Source: an uncultured Alphaproteobacteria bacterium | GTDB lineage: Bacteria; Pseudomonadota; Alphaproteobacteria; DATDPM01 | NCBI GenBank assembly: GCA_963841995.1 | Contig: CAWJEX010000021.1 | Span: 138,545 to 202,544, forward strand | Length of the DNA stretch: 64,000 nt | Direction of reading: 5' to 3' | The notes under the pieces: generated by a model | Database searches by the model: none | Told to the model about the DNA's origin: nothing | Seen by the model: the letters and a program-made list of their open reading frames with translations, nothing else | Shown here: positions 40,059-50,358 of the stretch, in pieces | Numbering within the stretch: position 1 is the stretch's first letter | How the letters are laid out: every line of letters begins with the position of its first letter | Translations under genes and position numbers: made by a program

Positions 40059-42481
40059 CAGGGTGCCTTTCGTGCCAGGCGCAGCGCGTTGATGGTGACC
40101 AGCAGGGACGAACTCGACATCGCCAGCGCTGCCAGAAGCGGCGTAATCAACCCCAGCATCGCCAACGGTACCGCCGCAGCATTGTAAAGAATAGCCACCG
40201 CGAAATTCTGCTTTACCAAGCGTTGGGCTTTGCGCGCGACATCGATGGCCTCAAGAATGGGCGCGAGGCGACGACCCTGAAATACGATGTCGGCGGCGGT
40301 TTGGCTGATTTCGGCGGCGGAAGACGGCGACATCGAGACATGCGCGGCCGCCAGGGCCGGGGCGTCGTTAAGACCATCGCCGACCATAAGCACGCGATGC
40401 CCCGCTTCGCCAAGTTCGCAAAGCCGCGCGGTCTTATCGGCCGGCATGCACCCGGCGCGGAAGCGCTCGATGCCGGCCGCCGCCGCTACGGCCGCTGCCG
40501 CCGGCGCATGATCGCCGGAGAGCATTTCAAGGCCATAACCGCGCTCGGCCAAGTCGGCAATGACGTCCCGTGCATCGCTGCGGATTCGATCGCTAAAAGC
40601 AAATCGCACCGGTGGCCGATTCGGTTCCGAGAACCAAAGTTCTGGCCCATCGCCACCGCCGGCGTCGATGCCGCACCAACGCCGGCTGCCGAGGCGAATT
40701 TCGCCGTCGGCAAGTTGCACACGCAAGCCGGATCCGGGAATTTCCGTCACGCCTGCGGGCGGTTTCGATTGCGGCAAGACCCGATGAAGCGCTTGGGCGA
40801 GTGGATGGCGGCTGGCTCCGGCCAGCGCCGCGGCGGCGGCCAAAATATGGGGCGGCGTTGCAGGGTCGCGTATCAGTACGGGTTGGCCATCGGTAAGCGT
40901 TCCGGTCTTGTCGAATACGACGGTGTCGATCGAAGCTAGTCGCTCGAGCGCGGTCGCGGATTTAAGGAGAATGCCTTGACCGAAAAGACGAGAACTCGCG
41001 ACGACTTGTATCACTGGAACCGCCAATGCCAGCGCGCAGGGACAAGTAACGATCAACACCGCGACGGCGTTGAGAAGGGCGGCCTGCCAGGGTGCGCCGA
41101 GTACTACAAACCAGACGAGGAATGTCGCCGCCGCAAGGCCGTGCACCGCCGGTATGTAAATACGGGCCATGCGATCGGCGATGGCGCGATAGCGCGCGCG
41201 GCCTTGTTCGGCGATTTCCATGAGCCGGGTGATTTCGGCCAACAAAGTCGCTGGTCCGGCCCCGAGGACTTCGATCCGCAAGAATCCGCTCAGATTGAGC
41301 GTGCCCGCGAATACGCGGGAGCCTGCCGTGACCGATCCCGGCGCGGTTTCGCCGGTAATGAGGCTCATGTCGATGTCCGATGCACCTTCACGTACGGTGC
41401 CGTCGGCGGCAATCCGTTCGCCGGGCATCGCTAAGACGATCATTCCGGGCTTGAGTTGCGCCGGCGGCAACATCCGCCGGGCACCGGAGGGTTCTTCCAC
41501 CGTTGCCGCGGTGCCCGAGAGCGCCACCAGGCGCTCCGCGGTCCCGCGGGCCCGGCCTCGTGCGCGCGCGTCGAGATAGCGTCCGATCAGAAGAATAAAC
41601 AGCAGGGTTACCGCGGCATCAAAATAGGCGTAACGCCCACCGGTCGCCGTTTCATAGAGGCTCATGCCGGAGGCCAGAATGACGGCGAGTGAAATCGGCA
41701 CGTCCATATTGGCGTATCCCAATCGCAGCGCACCAATGGCCGACCGGTAAAACGGCCACCCGGAATAGACGATCGCCGGCAGTGCGATGAGCGCCGAGAA
41801 CCAATAGAGCAGTTCGCGGGTGGCGGTCCCCATGGTGCTCGCAAATCCGCTCCATACCGCAACCGACAACAACATGACATTGCTAGCGGCGAAGCCAGCC
41901 ACCGCCATCGCCCGCAGCAATTCCCGTTCGCGCGCCGCGGTGGCGCCGGCCATCAAATCCGGATCGAAAGGAAGCAGCCGGTAGCCAAGCGATTCGACGA
42001 AGGCGGCCAGCGTATTGGCGTCGGATTTTGAACCGTGCCAGCACAGCACCAAGCGCCGCGTTGTCATATTGACGCGGGCGGTGATTACATTGGGTTGACG
42101 GGCCAATGCGGATTCGATGAGCCAGACGCAAGCCGCGCAGTGAATCCCTTCGACCATAAGATGGAGGCGCTGGCTTCCGTCTTCTTCGCTGATGACGAAG
42201 GCGGAGAAGTCTTCATGCGGCCGGTCGGTTTCGGGCTTGAGCGCCCGTTCCACCGGGTTCAGCGCACGGCGCCGGTAATAGGAATCGAGGCCGAGCCCGC
42301 GCACGATTCCAAAAGCAGTCTCGCAACCCCTGCAGCAAAAACCGGTGCCGGCATCCCGCGGGCTTAAGGGTGCACCGCAATGCCGGCAAGCGGCATCCGC
42401 CGGCTCGCCGTCCGCTAACGCCGCGCCGGTTTTACTCAGGAATATAGACGCGCTTTGTCGTTTGATAGCTTGCGCCGTCAT
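40058..42481 (-). CDS. ccoI: copper-translocating P1B-type ATPase CcoI/FixI
   Basis: 807 aa with CPC, DKTGT and GDGLNDAP motifs and an N-terminal CxxC metal-binding domain. Confidence 0.85.
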   Translation of the reverse strand: MTAQAIKRQSASIFLSKTGAALADGEPADAACRHCGAPLSPRDAGTGFCCRGCETAFGIVRGLGLDSYYRRRALNPVERALKPETDRPHEDFSAFVISEEDGSQRLHLMVEGIHCAACVWLIESALARQPNVITARVNMTTRRLVLCWHGSKSDANTLAAFVESLGYRLLPFDPDLMAGATAARERELLRAMAVAGFAASNVMLLSVAVWSGFASTMGTATRELLYWFSALIALPAIVYSGWPFYRSAIGALRLGYANMDVPISLAVILASGMSLYETATGGRYAYFDAAVTLLFILLIGRYLDARARGRARGTAERLVALSGTAATVEEPSGARRMLPPAQLKPGMIVLAMPGERIAADGTVREGASDIDMSLITGETAPGSVTAGSRVFAGTLNLSGFLRIEVLGAGPATLLAEITRLMEIAEQGRARYRAIADRMARIYIPAVHGLAAATFLVWFVVLGAPWQAALLNAVAVLIVTCPCALALAVPVIQVVASSRLFGQGILLKSATALERLASIDTVVFDKTGTLTDGQPVLIRDPATPPHILAAAAALAGASRHPLAQALHRVLPQSKPPAGVTEIPGSGLRVQLADGEIRLGSRRWCGIDAGGGDGPELWFSEPNRPPVRFAFSDRIRSDARDVIADLAERGYGLEMLSGDHAPAAAAVAAAAGIERFRAGCMPADKTARLCELGEAGHRVLMVGDGLNDAPALAAAHVSMSPSSAAEISQTAADIVFQGRRLAPILEAIDVARKAQRLVKQNFAVAILYNAAAVPLAMLGLITPLLAALAMSSSSLLVTINALRLARKAP

Positions 42482-42908
42482 GATTCGCCTTCACCACCAT
42501 ATCCCATTGGCCCGGCAGCGCGAGGACGGGTCGCGCTTCATAGCGGCCGGCGCCGACGTCCTGCAGAGCGATTTCGGAATCGAAGCCTTCGCGTGTCGGG
42601 CGGATGAAGTGCGCCGCCAGCGATGCGCCGGTAATCGCACCGCCCGATTGGTCGTGCAGTGTCACGGCGAGACGCACATGGTCCCTGTCGCGGGCGGAAA
42701 AATCGAGCGTCACTTGCCAACCAAGCCGTTCTTGAGCCTGCGCCGCGGCCAAGGTCTGATTGTAGGCAAGACCCTTATCGTAAGCATTTTCCGTCGAAAT
42801 ACCGGTAAAGCTTTCGAGCGCAAATATGACCATGATGCCGTTGACGATAGCAACGACCACAAAGAAGGCGACGAACATCCAGGGAATGAGGCGGTCGCGC
42901 CGCGTCAT
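42432..42908 (-). CDS. ccoH: cbb3 oxidase assembly protein CcoH/FixH
   Basis: Single TM (LIPWMFVAFFVVVAIVNGIMVIF) followed by the FixH domain. The start is set at MTRRDRL; the ORF's first Met at 42956 would overlap ccoG. Confidence 0.7.
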   Translation of the reverse strand: MTRRDRLIPWMFVAFFVVVAIVNGIMVIFALESFTGISTENAYDKGLAYNQTLAAAQAQERLGWQVTLDFSARDRDHVRLAVTLHDQSGGAITGASLAAHFIRPTREGFDSEIALQDVGAGRYEARPVLALPGQWDMVVKANHDGASYQTTKRVYIPE

Positions 42909-42952
42909 TTCTCCGGTGCCGTTATTGGATCTCGTTGGTCGGGATGCGCTCA

Positions 42953-44413
42953 TCATCGGGTTGGCCCTATGAATACGGTATCATACGATACGGCTTCGCC
43001 GCTTTCCTTATCGCGAAGAATGAGACGCAAGGGGGTTGAGGTCCGGGAAAGCTTGTCCCTGGGGACATGAACGAAGACTCGGAATTGGGTCACGGTATCG
43101 GCGTCGGCGTGCAGTTCCAACTCTTCCTCCGGTTCTTCGTCTTCGCTGACGACCCTGAGATCGACGTCGTCGATTCCTTCGGCCGTTAAGTCAAATTTGG
43201 TCGGCACCCGGTGCTTGTTCAGGATTTTGACGGTATAGGCATTACGGATGCTGCCGTCATGCAACGCCACGAATAGCGGGCTGCGGTCGCGAATGACGTT
43301 CATGCTGAAATTGGGCCGCGTGACGAGGCCATAAAGCATCAAACCGCCGACGACGGCGAGCAGAAGGCTATAAATGACGGTGCGCGGCCGGATAAGCCGG
43401 TATCCGGCGGGCTGGCCCGCCGCGCGTGCTTGCTGGTTGGCGTCGGTGTCGAAGGCGATGAGGCCGCGCGGCAATCCGACCTTGTCCATGACCGCGTCGC
43501 AGGCATCGATGCACAACCCGCAGCCGATGCATTCGAGCTGTTGACCGTCGCGGATATCGATGCCGGTCGGGCAAACCGCCACGCAATTGTTACACGCGAC
43601 GCAATGACCCCGGCCTTCCCAGCTCTTGCCGGATTTGTGATGGCCGCGCGGTTCGCCGCGCCATCGTTCGTAGGTCACAACCAGCGAATGCTCGTCCAGC
43701 ATCGCGCCCTGAAACCGCGCATAGGGACACATATAAGTGCAGACCTGCTCGCGGGCGTGTCCGGCCAAAAGATAAGTGGTGCAGGTAAGAAGTCCGATGG
43801 TGCTCCATACCGCGGACGACGCCTGCAGGTGAAAAATATCATGCACCACCGTCGGTGCGTCGGTGAAATAGAGAACCCAGGCGCCGCCGGTCAAAGCCGC
43901 GATCATGATCCATACCGCGTGCTTGACGGCGCGCTTGCCGATCTTGCTTCCCGTCCAAGGCGCCTTGTCGAGCTTGATGCGCGCGTTGCGGTCGCCCTCG
44001 ATCCAACGCTCGACGAGCATGTAAAGATCCGTCCACACGGTTTGCGGACAAGCATAGCCGCACCAAATGCGGCCCGCCAAACTCGTCATGAAGAACAGGG
44101 CAATCGCTGCGACGATCAGGATTCCGGTGACGTAATAAACTTCCTGCGGCCAGATCTCGATCCAGAAGAAATAGGCGCGCCGGGCCGGAAGGTCGATCAA
44201 GATCGCTTGATCCGGCGCACCCGGCCCGCGATCGAATCGGATCCACGGGAGGGTGTAATAGATGCCGAGCAGCAAAACGAGCGCCGCCCATTTGAGCCGC
44301 CGGAAAACGCCGTCGACGCGCTTCGGATGGACAGCGACGCGCGGCGCGTAAAGCGGCTTCTTGCCGTCTGCGTTTACCGATACCGCTTCTTCGACATGAA
44401 CGGTTTCGCTCAT
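42953..44413 (-). CDS. ccoG: 4Fe-4S ferredoxin-type cbb3 assembly protein CcoG/FixG
   Basis: Two CxxCxxCxxxCP ferredoxin motifs and the characteristic N-terminus. Confidence 0.85.
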   Translation of the reverse strand: MSETVHVEEAVSVNADGKKPLYAPRVAVHPKRVDGVFRRLKWAALVLLLGIYYTLPWIRFDRGPGAPDQAILIDLPARRAYFFWIEIWPQEVYYVTGILIVAAIALFFMTSLAGRIWCGYACPQTVWTDLYMLVERWIEGDRNARIKLDKAPWTGSKIGKRAVKHAVWIMIAALTGGAWVLYFTDAPTVVHDIFHLQASSAVWSTIGLLTCTTYLLAGHAREQVCTYMCPYARFQGAMLDEHSLVVTYERWRGEPRGHHKSGKSWEGRGHCVACNNCVAVCPTGIDIRDGQQLECIGCGLCIDACDAVMDKVGLPRGLIAFDTDANQQARAAGQPAGYRLIRPRTVIYSLLLAVVGGLMLYGLVTRPNFSMNVIRDRSPLFVALHDGSIRNAYTVKILNKHRVPTKFDLTAEGIDDVDLRVVSEDEEPEEELELHADADTVTQFRVFVHVPRDKLSRTSTPLRLILRDKESGEAVSYDTVFIGPTR

Positions 44414-44499
44414 GGTGGGCGACCGCCCTCCATTTTATCGCCAAATCAACTGGCGTTCTTTAGAAGCTGACGGCGGGCAACAAGGGCGGCCGCCCGGCC

Positions 44500-45369
44500 C
44501 TATTGCCCGCCGCCCAGGGAGTGGACATACACGGCGAGCATCTTGATCGTCGCATCGGGGAGACGATCAACCCAAGCCGGCATAACCCCGCGCCGCGCAT
44601 TGGTGATGGTCTCGACGACCGTGGCTTTATCGCCGCCGTAAAGCCAAATGGCATCGTTCAACCGCGGCGCGCCGATATCGGGATTGCCGTCACCCTTGTC
44701 GCCGTGGCACGCCGCGCAATTGTCGGCGAAAATCTTGGCGCCGCGAACAAGCACCTGCGCATCGGCCTTCGTCCCCGACAGAGACAGGACATAGTCGGCG
44801 ACGTCCGAAATTTCCGCGGGTTTCAAGATGCCGTCGGCGCCGAAGCGCGGCATATCGGTCGAATGGGCTTTGGGGTGTCCCGAACGCGCGCCGAATTGAA
44901 TGGTCGTGTAGATCTGTTCGATCTTGCCGCCCCAAAGCCAATCGTCGTCGGCCAGGTTCGGATAGCCTTTGGCGCCGGCACCGCCGGCGCCATGGCAGGG
45001 CGTGCAATTGTCGGCAAAGGCGGCGCGCCCGCCCGCCTGCGCAAAGTCGAGAAGCTGCTTATCGGCGATGATCTGTTCCAGCGAGGCCGACTTGATCTTG
45101 TCGAGATAGGCGGCTTTGGCTTGATCGGCCTCGTGGATCTGATCGGCCAAGCGCTGATATTGCGACCAGCCGAGAATCCCCCGGGTGTAATCGTGAAGCG
45201 TCGGCCAAGCGGGGTAGAGAATCCAATAACCGACGGCGAAGGCGATGCACACATAGAAGGTCAAAAGCCACCACCGCGGTAGCGGCGTGTCGAGTTCCTT
45301 GATGCCATCCCATTCGTGCCCCGTTGTCTGAGTGCCGGTGATGGCGTCTTTTTCGATTTTCGTCGGCAT
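44500..45369 (-). CDS. ccoP: cbb3 oxidase dihaem cytochrome c subunit
   Basis: Two CxxCH sites (CTPCHG, CAACHG). The start is at MPTKIEKD. Confidence 0.85.
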   Translation of the reverse strand: MPTKIEKDAITGTQTTGHEWDGIKELDTPLPRWWLLTFYVCIAFAVGYWILYPAWPTLHDYTRGILGWSQYQRLADQIHEADQAKAAYLDKIKSASLEQIIADKQLLDFAQAGGRAAFADNCTPCHGAGGAGAKGYPNLADDDWLWGGKIEQIYTTIQFGARSGHPKAHSTDMPRFGADGILKPAEISDVADYVLSLSGTKADAQVLVRGAKIFADNCAACHGDKGDGNPDIGAPRLNDAIWLYGGDKATVVETITNARRGVMPAWVDRLPDATIKMLAVYVHSLGGGQ

Positions 45370-45383
45370 GATCGCGCCTCCGC

Positions 45384-45539
45384 CTATCGGGGGTCGTCGT
45401 CGAGTGGGATTCGGCCGTAACTTTCGATCCGTTTCTTGTGCGATGGCCAGAAGGTCCACGCCGCGACAACGACGAAAAACGTGAACGCCACCACGGTCCA
45501 GATCGAATGAATCAGGTGATACACGGGATCAACGGTCAT
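45384..45539 (-). CDS. ccoQ: cbb3 oxidase subunit CcoQ/FixQ
   Basis: My own translation gives MTVDPVYHLIHSIWTVVAFTFFVVVAAWTFWPSHKKRIESYGRIPLDDDPR (51 aa). It lies between ccoO and ccoP and is not in the supplied ORF track. Confidence 0.8.
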   Translation of the reverse strand: MTVDPVYHLIHSIWTVVAFTFFVVVAAWTFWPSHKKRIESYGRIPLDDDPR

Positions 45540-45548
45540 GGCGCCGCC

Positions 45549-46271
45549 TCACTTTTGTCCGCCGTCTGGGTTGTAGCTGCTGAAATCGACAAGCGTGCCC
45601 AACATCTGCAAATAGGCGACGAGCGCGTCCATTTCGGTGACGGCGCCGGGTTTGCCGTCGAAATCGCTGACTTTCGTCTTGCCGTAACGGCCAAGCAAAC
45701 CCTTGGTGTCGGCATCCGGACTGTCCTGAGCTTCGAGATCGGCGGCCGCATTGCTGATCATATCGTCGGTATAGGGCACGCCGACGATGCGCAACGTGCG
45801 CAGGTGGTCAGCGATATTTTTATAATCGAGAGGCCGTTGCAGAAACGCATAGGTCGGCATCACCGATTCGGGAACGACGCTGCGCGGGTCGATTAGATGC
45901 GCGACCTGCCAGTCATTCGAATATTTGCCGCCGACGCGGGCGAGATCGGGCCCGGTGCGCTCGGAACCCCATTGAAACGGATGGTCGTACATACTTTCGG
46001 CAGCGAGGCTGTAATGGCCGTAACGTTCGACCTCATCGCGGAAAGGACGGATCTGTTGGCTGTGGCAGAGATAGCAGCCCTCGCGGATGTAGATGTTGCG
46101 GCCCATGAGCTCGAGCGGCGTATAGGGCCGCATGCCCTGGACCTTCTCGATCGTCGATTCGATCGTGAAGAGCGGAATGATTTCCACGAGGCCGCCGATC
46201 GCGACGGTGACGAGAATCCCGATCAAAAGCAGGATGACATTGGTCTCGAAGGCTTCGTGCTTCAGCATCAC
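45549..46271 (-). CDS. ccoO: cbb3 oxidase monohaem cytochrome c subunit
   Basis: CYLCHS haem site and an N-terminal TM segment. Confidence 0.9.
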   Translation of the reverse strand: MMLKHEAFETNVILLLIGILVTVAIGGLVEIIPLFTIESTIEKVQGMRPYTPLELMGRNIYIREGCYLCHSQQIRPFRDEVERYGHYSLAAESMYDHPFQWGSERTGPDLARVGGKYSNDWQVAHLIDPRSVVPESVMPTYAFLQRPLDYKNIADHLRTLRIVGVPYTDDMISNAAADLEAQDSPDADTKGLLGRYGKTKVSDFDGKPGAVTEMDALVAYLQMLGTLVDFSSYNPDGGQK

Positions 46272-46277
46272 CGCACC

Positions 46278-47732
46278 TCAGCGCGCGGCTGCCGGCGCGG
46301 GTGCGGCGTAAGGCTCGCCACTGCGAACGTCGCCCCGCGCGGTGCGCCACAGATTGTAGACCATGATCAGCGCCCCAGCGAGGAACAGGATTCCGCCCAA
46401 GGCCCGGATCACATAGAAGGGATGCATCGCTGCCACCGATTCGGCGAAGGAATATTCGAGGAAGCCGAGCTGATCATACGAGCGCCACATCAGCCCCTGC
46501 ATGATGCCGGCGACCCACATGGCCGTGATGTAGAGCACGATACCGATGGTGGCGATCCAGAAGTGATAGCTGACAAGCTTGAGGGAATAGACCTCTTTAC
46601 GCCGCCACAGCTTAGGCAAGAGGAAATAGATCGCGCCGAAGCTGACAAAGGCGACCCATCCCATGGTGCCCGAATGGACGTGGCCGATGGTCCAGTTCGT
46701 GTAGTGGCTGAGCGCATTCACCGACTTGATTGACATCAGCGGCCCTTCGAAGGTCGACATTCCGTAGAAGGCAATGGCGACGACCATAAATCGTAGGACC
46801 GGATCGGTGCGAAGTTTGTCCCACGCGCCGGAGAGCGTCATTATGCCGTTGATCATGCCGCCCCAGGACGGCATCCACAGCATGACCGAGAATGTCATGC
46901 CGAGGGTTTGCGCCCATTCCGGAAGCGCCGTGTAATGCAGATGATGCGGTCCCGCCCAGATGTAGAGAAAGATGAGCGACCAGAAATGGACAATCGACAG
47001 CCGGTAGGAATAGATCGGCCGGTCGGCGCGTTTGGGCACGAAATAGTACATGAGGCCAAGGAATCCCGCGGTCAGAAAAAATCCAACCGCGTTGTGTCCG
47101 TACCACCACTGCGTCATGGCGTCTTGTACGCCGGCCGACATCGAGTAACTCTTGGTCCCGAAGAACGAGACCGGCATCGCCAAATTATTCACCACGTGCA
47201 GCATCGCGATCGTGACGATGAACGCGAGATAAAACCAGTTCGCCACGTAAATGTGCGGCTCTTTGCGTTTGATGAGGGTGCCGAGGAAAATCAGCAGATA
47301 CACGACCCAAACAACGGTGAGCCATATATCGGCGTACCATTCGGGTTCGGCATATTCGCGTGCCTGGGTAATGCCCATGACATAGCCGCTGGCCGCGAGC
47401 ACGATAAAGATCTGATAACCCCAGAACACAAAGGCGGCGAGCGCAGGGCCGCCCCACAAACTCGCGCGGCAGGTGCGCTGCACGACATAGAAAGACGTGC
47501 CCAACAGCACGCTCCCGCCGAAGGCGAAAATGACCGCCGAGGTATGAACCGGCCGTAGCCGGCCGAAATTGGTCCATTCGAGGCCGAGGTTGAAGGCCGG
47601 GAAGGCGAGCTCGAGCGCGATGTAGACGCCGACCAGAAATCCGACAACGCCCCAGAACACCGCGGCAATCATGAAATGCCGCACAACGTCGTCGTTATAC
47701 GCCGTCGACGCGGTAACCGAAGTTGCGTTCAT
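46278..47732 (-). CDS. ccoN: cbb3 oxidase catalytic subunit I
   Basis: 484 aa, 12 TM, haem-copper oxidase His ligands. Confidence 0.9.
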   Translation of the reverse strand: MNATSVTASTAYNDDVVRHFMIAAVFWGVVGFLVGVYIALELAFPAFNLGLEWTNFGRLRPVHTSAVIFAFGGSVLLGTSFYVVQRTCRASLWGGPALAAFVFWGYQIFIVLAASGYVMGITQAREYAEPEWYADIWLTVVWVVYLLIFLGTLIKRKEPHIYVANWFYLAFIVTIAMLHVVNNLAMPVSFFGTKSYSMSAGVQDAMTQWWYGHNAVGFFLTAGFLGLMYYFVPKRADRPIYSYRLSIVHFWSLIFLYIWAGPHHLHYTALPEWAQTLGMTFSVMLWMPSWGGMINGIMTLSGAWDKLRTDPVLRFMVVAIAFYGMSTFEGPLMSIKSVNALSHYTNWTIGHVHSGTMGWVAFVSFGAIYFLLPKLWRRKEVYSLKLVSYHFWIATIGIVLYITAMWVAGIMQGLMWRSYDQLGFLEYSFAESVAAMHPFYVIRALGGILFLAGALIMVYNLWRTARGDVRSGEPYAAPAPAAAR

Positions 47733-47898
47733 CCCCTACTTCTCCTTGTGGTCGCCAAGTCAATTACCGATTTGCCTCGGCGCACGGTGGCACGCGGCGG
47801 CAACGCCCGGCGGGAAATAAGAGAAAGAATTTCTACGCTATCCCTCTGTTGCGTGCATCCCCCGAGGCGCACAATAAAATAGGCCATTAAGATAGAAC

Positions 47899-47912
47899 TT
47901 GATGTAGATCAA
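47899..47912. promoter_or_regulatory. FNR/FixK-type box TTGATGTAGATCAA
   Basis: A perfect TTGAT-N4-ATCAA palindrome about 170 nt upstream of the ccoN start. It sits in the divergent intergenic region shared with the 47956 gene. Confidence 0.65.
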
Positions 47913-47955
47913 CGTTATTACCCTTTGGGCCTAGGTTATAATATCCATTTCATTT

Positions 47956-48750
47956 ATGCGGTTATTTGCCGCGATTGAGCCTCCGATGATTCTCGACGCC
48001 ATGCTCGGCCATTCGCATCACCTTATGGCAATGCCGCAGGCAACCGGTTCGGCGCTTTATGGCGCTATGTTCCTGGCCGGGTTGGTCGGAAGCCTGACCC
48101 ATTGTGCGGGGATGTGCGGTCCTTTCGTCCTGACCCAGGTCGGTGCGGAGCTGGAAACCGTTTCTGCCGCCAAGATGACCGAATGGACGCGGCTTCGCGG
48201 TGCGCTGCTGATCCCGTATCACCTGGGCAGGTTCACAACTTATGTGTTGCTCGGGGCATTGGCCGCGGCGTTAGTCCGAGGCTTGGCCGAATTCGCGCCG
48301 CTTCGCTATGTGTCGGCCGGACTGCTGGCGCTTGCCGCGCTGGTATTCCTGCTTCAGGCGTTGGGGCGCGGTGCGGCGCTTTTCAGGACCCGCATCGGCA
48401 ACAAGATAGAAGCGCCGCTGATGCGGGGGCTCTCGGTCCTCGCCCAGCCCTTACTGGCGCGATCGGCCCGGCCTTCGGCGCGCTACGCATTGGGGGTCGT
48501 TCTCGGATTTCTCCCCTGCGGGCTTCTATACGGGGCGCTTGCGGCGTCGGCGAGTGCCGGTTCACCGGCCGCAGGCGCCATTGCCATGGGGAGCTTCACG
48601 CTCGGCACCGTGCCGGCATTGGTCGCGGTCGGGATGGCTGGCCTAGTTTTGCTGCGCCGCAGCGGAGCCGTCTTAAAGGCTCTTACGGCCGGGTTCATGC
48701 TCCTGAACGCCGCCACTTTGTCCTATCTGGCGTTTCAGGCGCTTGCCTAA
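47956..48750 (+). CDS. integral membrane protein with HCAGMCGP motif (DsbD_2/UreH-like, COG2836-type)
   Basis: 264 aa with about 7 TM and a CxxxC in TM1. It is divergent from ccoN. Family assignment is from memory and may be wrong. Confidence 0.4.
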   Translation: MRLFAAIEPPMILDAMLGHSHHLMAMPQATGSALYGAMFLAGLVGSLTHCAGMCGPFVLTQVGAELETVSAAKMTEWTRLRGALLIPYHLGRFTTYVLLGALAAALVRGLAEFAPLRYVSAGLLALAALVFLLQALGRGAALFRTRIGNKIEAPLMRGLSVLAQPLLARSARPSARYALGVVLGFLPCGLLYGALAASASAGSPAAGAIAMGSFTLGTVPALVAVGMAGLVLLRRSGAVLKALTAGFMLLNAATLSYLAFQALA

Positions 48751-49002
48751 GCCGCTTGAAATCACGGCGATTCGGGGCGAATTGCCCGGTAAATCGCGAT
48801 AATTTGCCCCTAAGAAGGACCCAAATCGTCCAATAGACTATGTTCAGCAGACGTTCAGGCCGTGCCGCCTAGGGTGGCCGATTAAGGGCTCGGCCCTTCG
48901 GAACCGCCCCCGAGGCCGGCTTGAAGCCCGCAGGCGATCGGCGATAATCGCCGATCGCCGCGACCGTGAATTCCGAACCAAATCATCCGCTGTCGAAGGA
49001 TC

Positions 49003-50358
49003 ATGAAACGGCTTCTGGCATTTCTTTGCGTTTTCGCAATCGCGGCCACGCTTCCAGCCGCACGTGCTGACGAACCGCAATCCGGCAAGGCCGCCGATCG
49101 GGCGCCTGCGGCGGAAGCGCCGACAGGAAGCGCGACGCCTGCGGCGTCACCGCCGGTGAAGCAGCCGGCGCCCGAACAGGGGACGCCCGAGCAGGAGAAA
49201 GCGGCCGCCGAAAAATCCGCGCCGGCCATGAAGAGGCCAACTCCGCCGCCGGGCGGCCAGGTCGTCGACATCGCCTATCTGACGCAAGAGGTCGATCTTC
49301 CGCCGGCTCGCTCCAATGTTCAGCCGCATCCCAATGACGAAGGGAAACTCGGCGCCGATCTTGGAATCGACGACGACAATACGACCGGCGTCTTCACGAA
49401 GCAGGATTTCAAGCTTGAGGCGGTGACCGTTCCCGTGAAGGGCGACGTGGTCGCGGCATTCAAGAAGCTGGTCGCCGACGGCCAGAAATTCATCGTCCTC
49501 AATCTGCCGGCGGCGAATGTTCTGCAGCTCGCCGATCTTCCCGAAGCCAAGGACGTGATGATTTTCAATGCGGGCGCGCCCGACGACCGGCTGCGCAATG
49601 CCGATTGCCGCGCCAATGTCTTTCACACCTCGGCCAACCGGGCCATGCTCGCCGACGCTCTGGCGCAATACCTCATTAAGAAGAAATGGACGCGCTGGTT
49701 CCTGGTGTCCGGTTCGGACGAAGGCGACAAGCTTTATGCCGACGCAATCAAGCGGGCGGCCAAAAAATTCGGCGCCAAGATCGTCGATGAAAAAACCTGG
49801 ACCTATTCCGGCGAACAAATGCGGCGCTCCGCAGAATCCGAAATCCCGGTGCTCACGCAAGGTCCGGATTATCAGGTTCTAATCGCCGCGGATGAGGCGG
49901 ACAACTTTGGCGATGATCTGATGTACCGGACTTGGGATCCGCGGCTTGTCGCCGGTACGCAGGGGCTCGTTGCCGCGGACTGGCATCCCGCCTTCGACAT
50001 GTGGGGCGCCTCGCAAATGCAGCACCGATTCCAGAAGCTTTCCGGCCGCTATATGACGCCGAAGGATTTCGCGGCGTGGGTCGCGGTGCGGGCGGTGGGC
50101 GAGGCGGCGACAAGAACCAAATCGACCGACTTCAACACCATCCGCAGTTTCGTTCTCGGACCCGATTTTACGGTCGGCGTATTCAAGGGCATGGGCGCAA
50201 ATTTCCGCGACTGGGACCGCCAGCTTCGCGAGCCGATTTTGCTTGCCGCACCCTATACCGTCGTGTCCGTGTCGCCGCAGCAGGAATTCATTCATCCGGT
50301 CAGCAATCTCGACACGCTGGGCTACGACAAACCGGAAACTTCGTGTAAATTCAAATGA
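49003..50358 (+). CDS. periplasmic substrate-binding protein (Peripla_BP_6 type), PQQ-dependent-catabolism/lanthanide-uptake-associated (lutA/pedC-like)
   Basis: Signal peptide, an Ala/Pro-rich linker, then a branched-chain-amino-acid-type SBP fold. It is the first gene of the SBP / beta-propeller / ATPase / permease module known to accompany PQQ alcohol dehydrogenases. Confidence 0.65.
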   Translation: MKRLLAFLCVFAIAATLPAARADEPQSGKAADRAPAAEAPTGSATPAASPPVKQPAPEQGTPEQEKAAAEKSAPAMKRPTPPPGGQVVDIAYLTQEVDLPPARSNVQPHPNDEGKLGADLGIDDDNTTGVFTKQDFKLEAVTVPVKGDVVAAFKKLVADGQKFIVLNLPAANVLQLADLPEAKDVMIFNAGAPDDRLRNADCRANVFHTSANRAMLADALAQYLIKKKWTRWFLVSGSDEGDKLYADAIKRAAKKFGAKIVDEKTWTYSGEQMRRSAESEIPVLTQGPDYQVLIAADEADNFGDDLMYRTWDPRLVAGTQGLVAADWHPAFDMWGASQMQHRFQKLSGRYMTPKDFAAWVAVRAVGEAATRTKSTDFNTIRSFVLGPDFTVGVFKGMGANFRDWDRQLREPILLAAPYTVVSVSPQQEFIHPVSNLDTLGYDKPETSCKFK

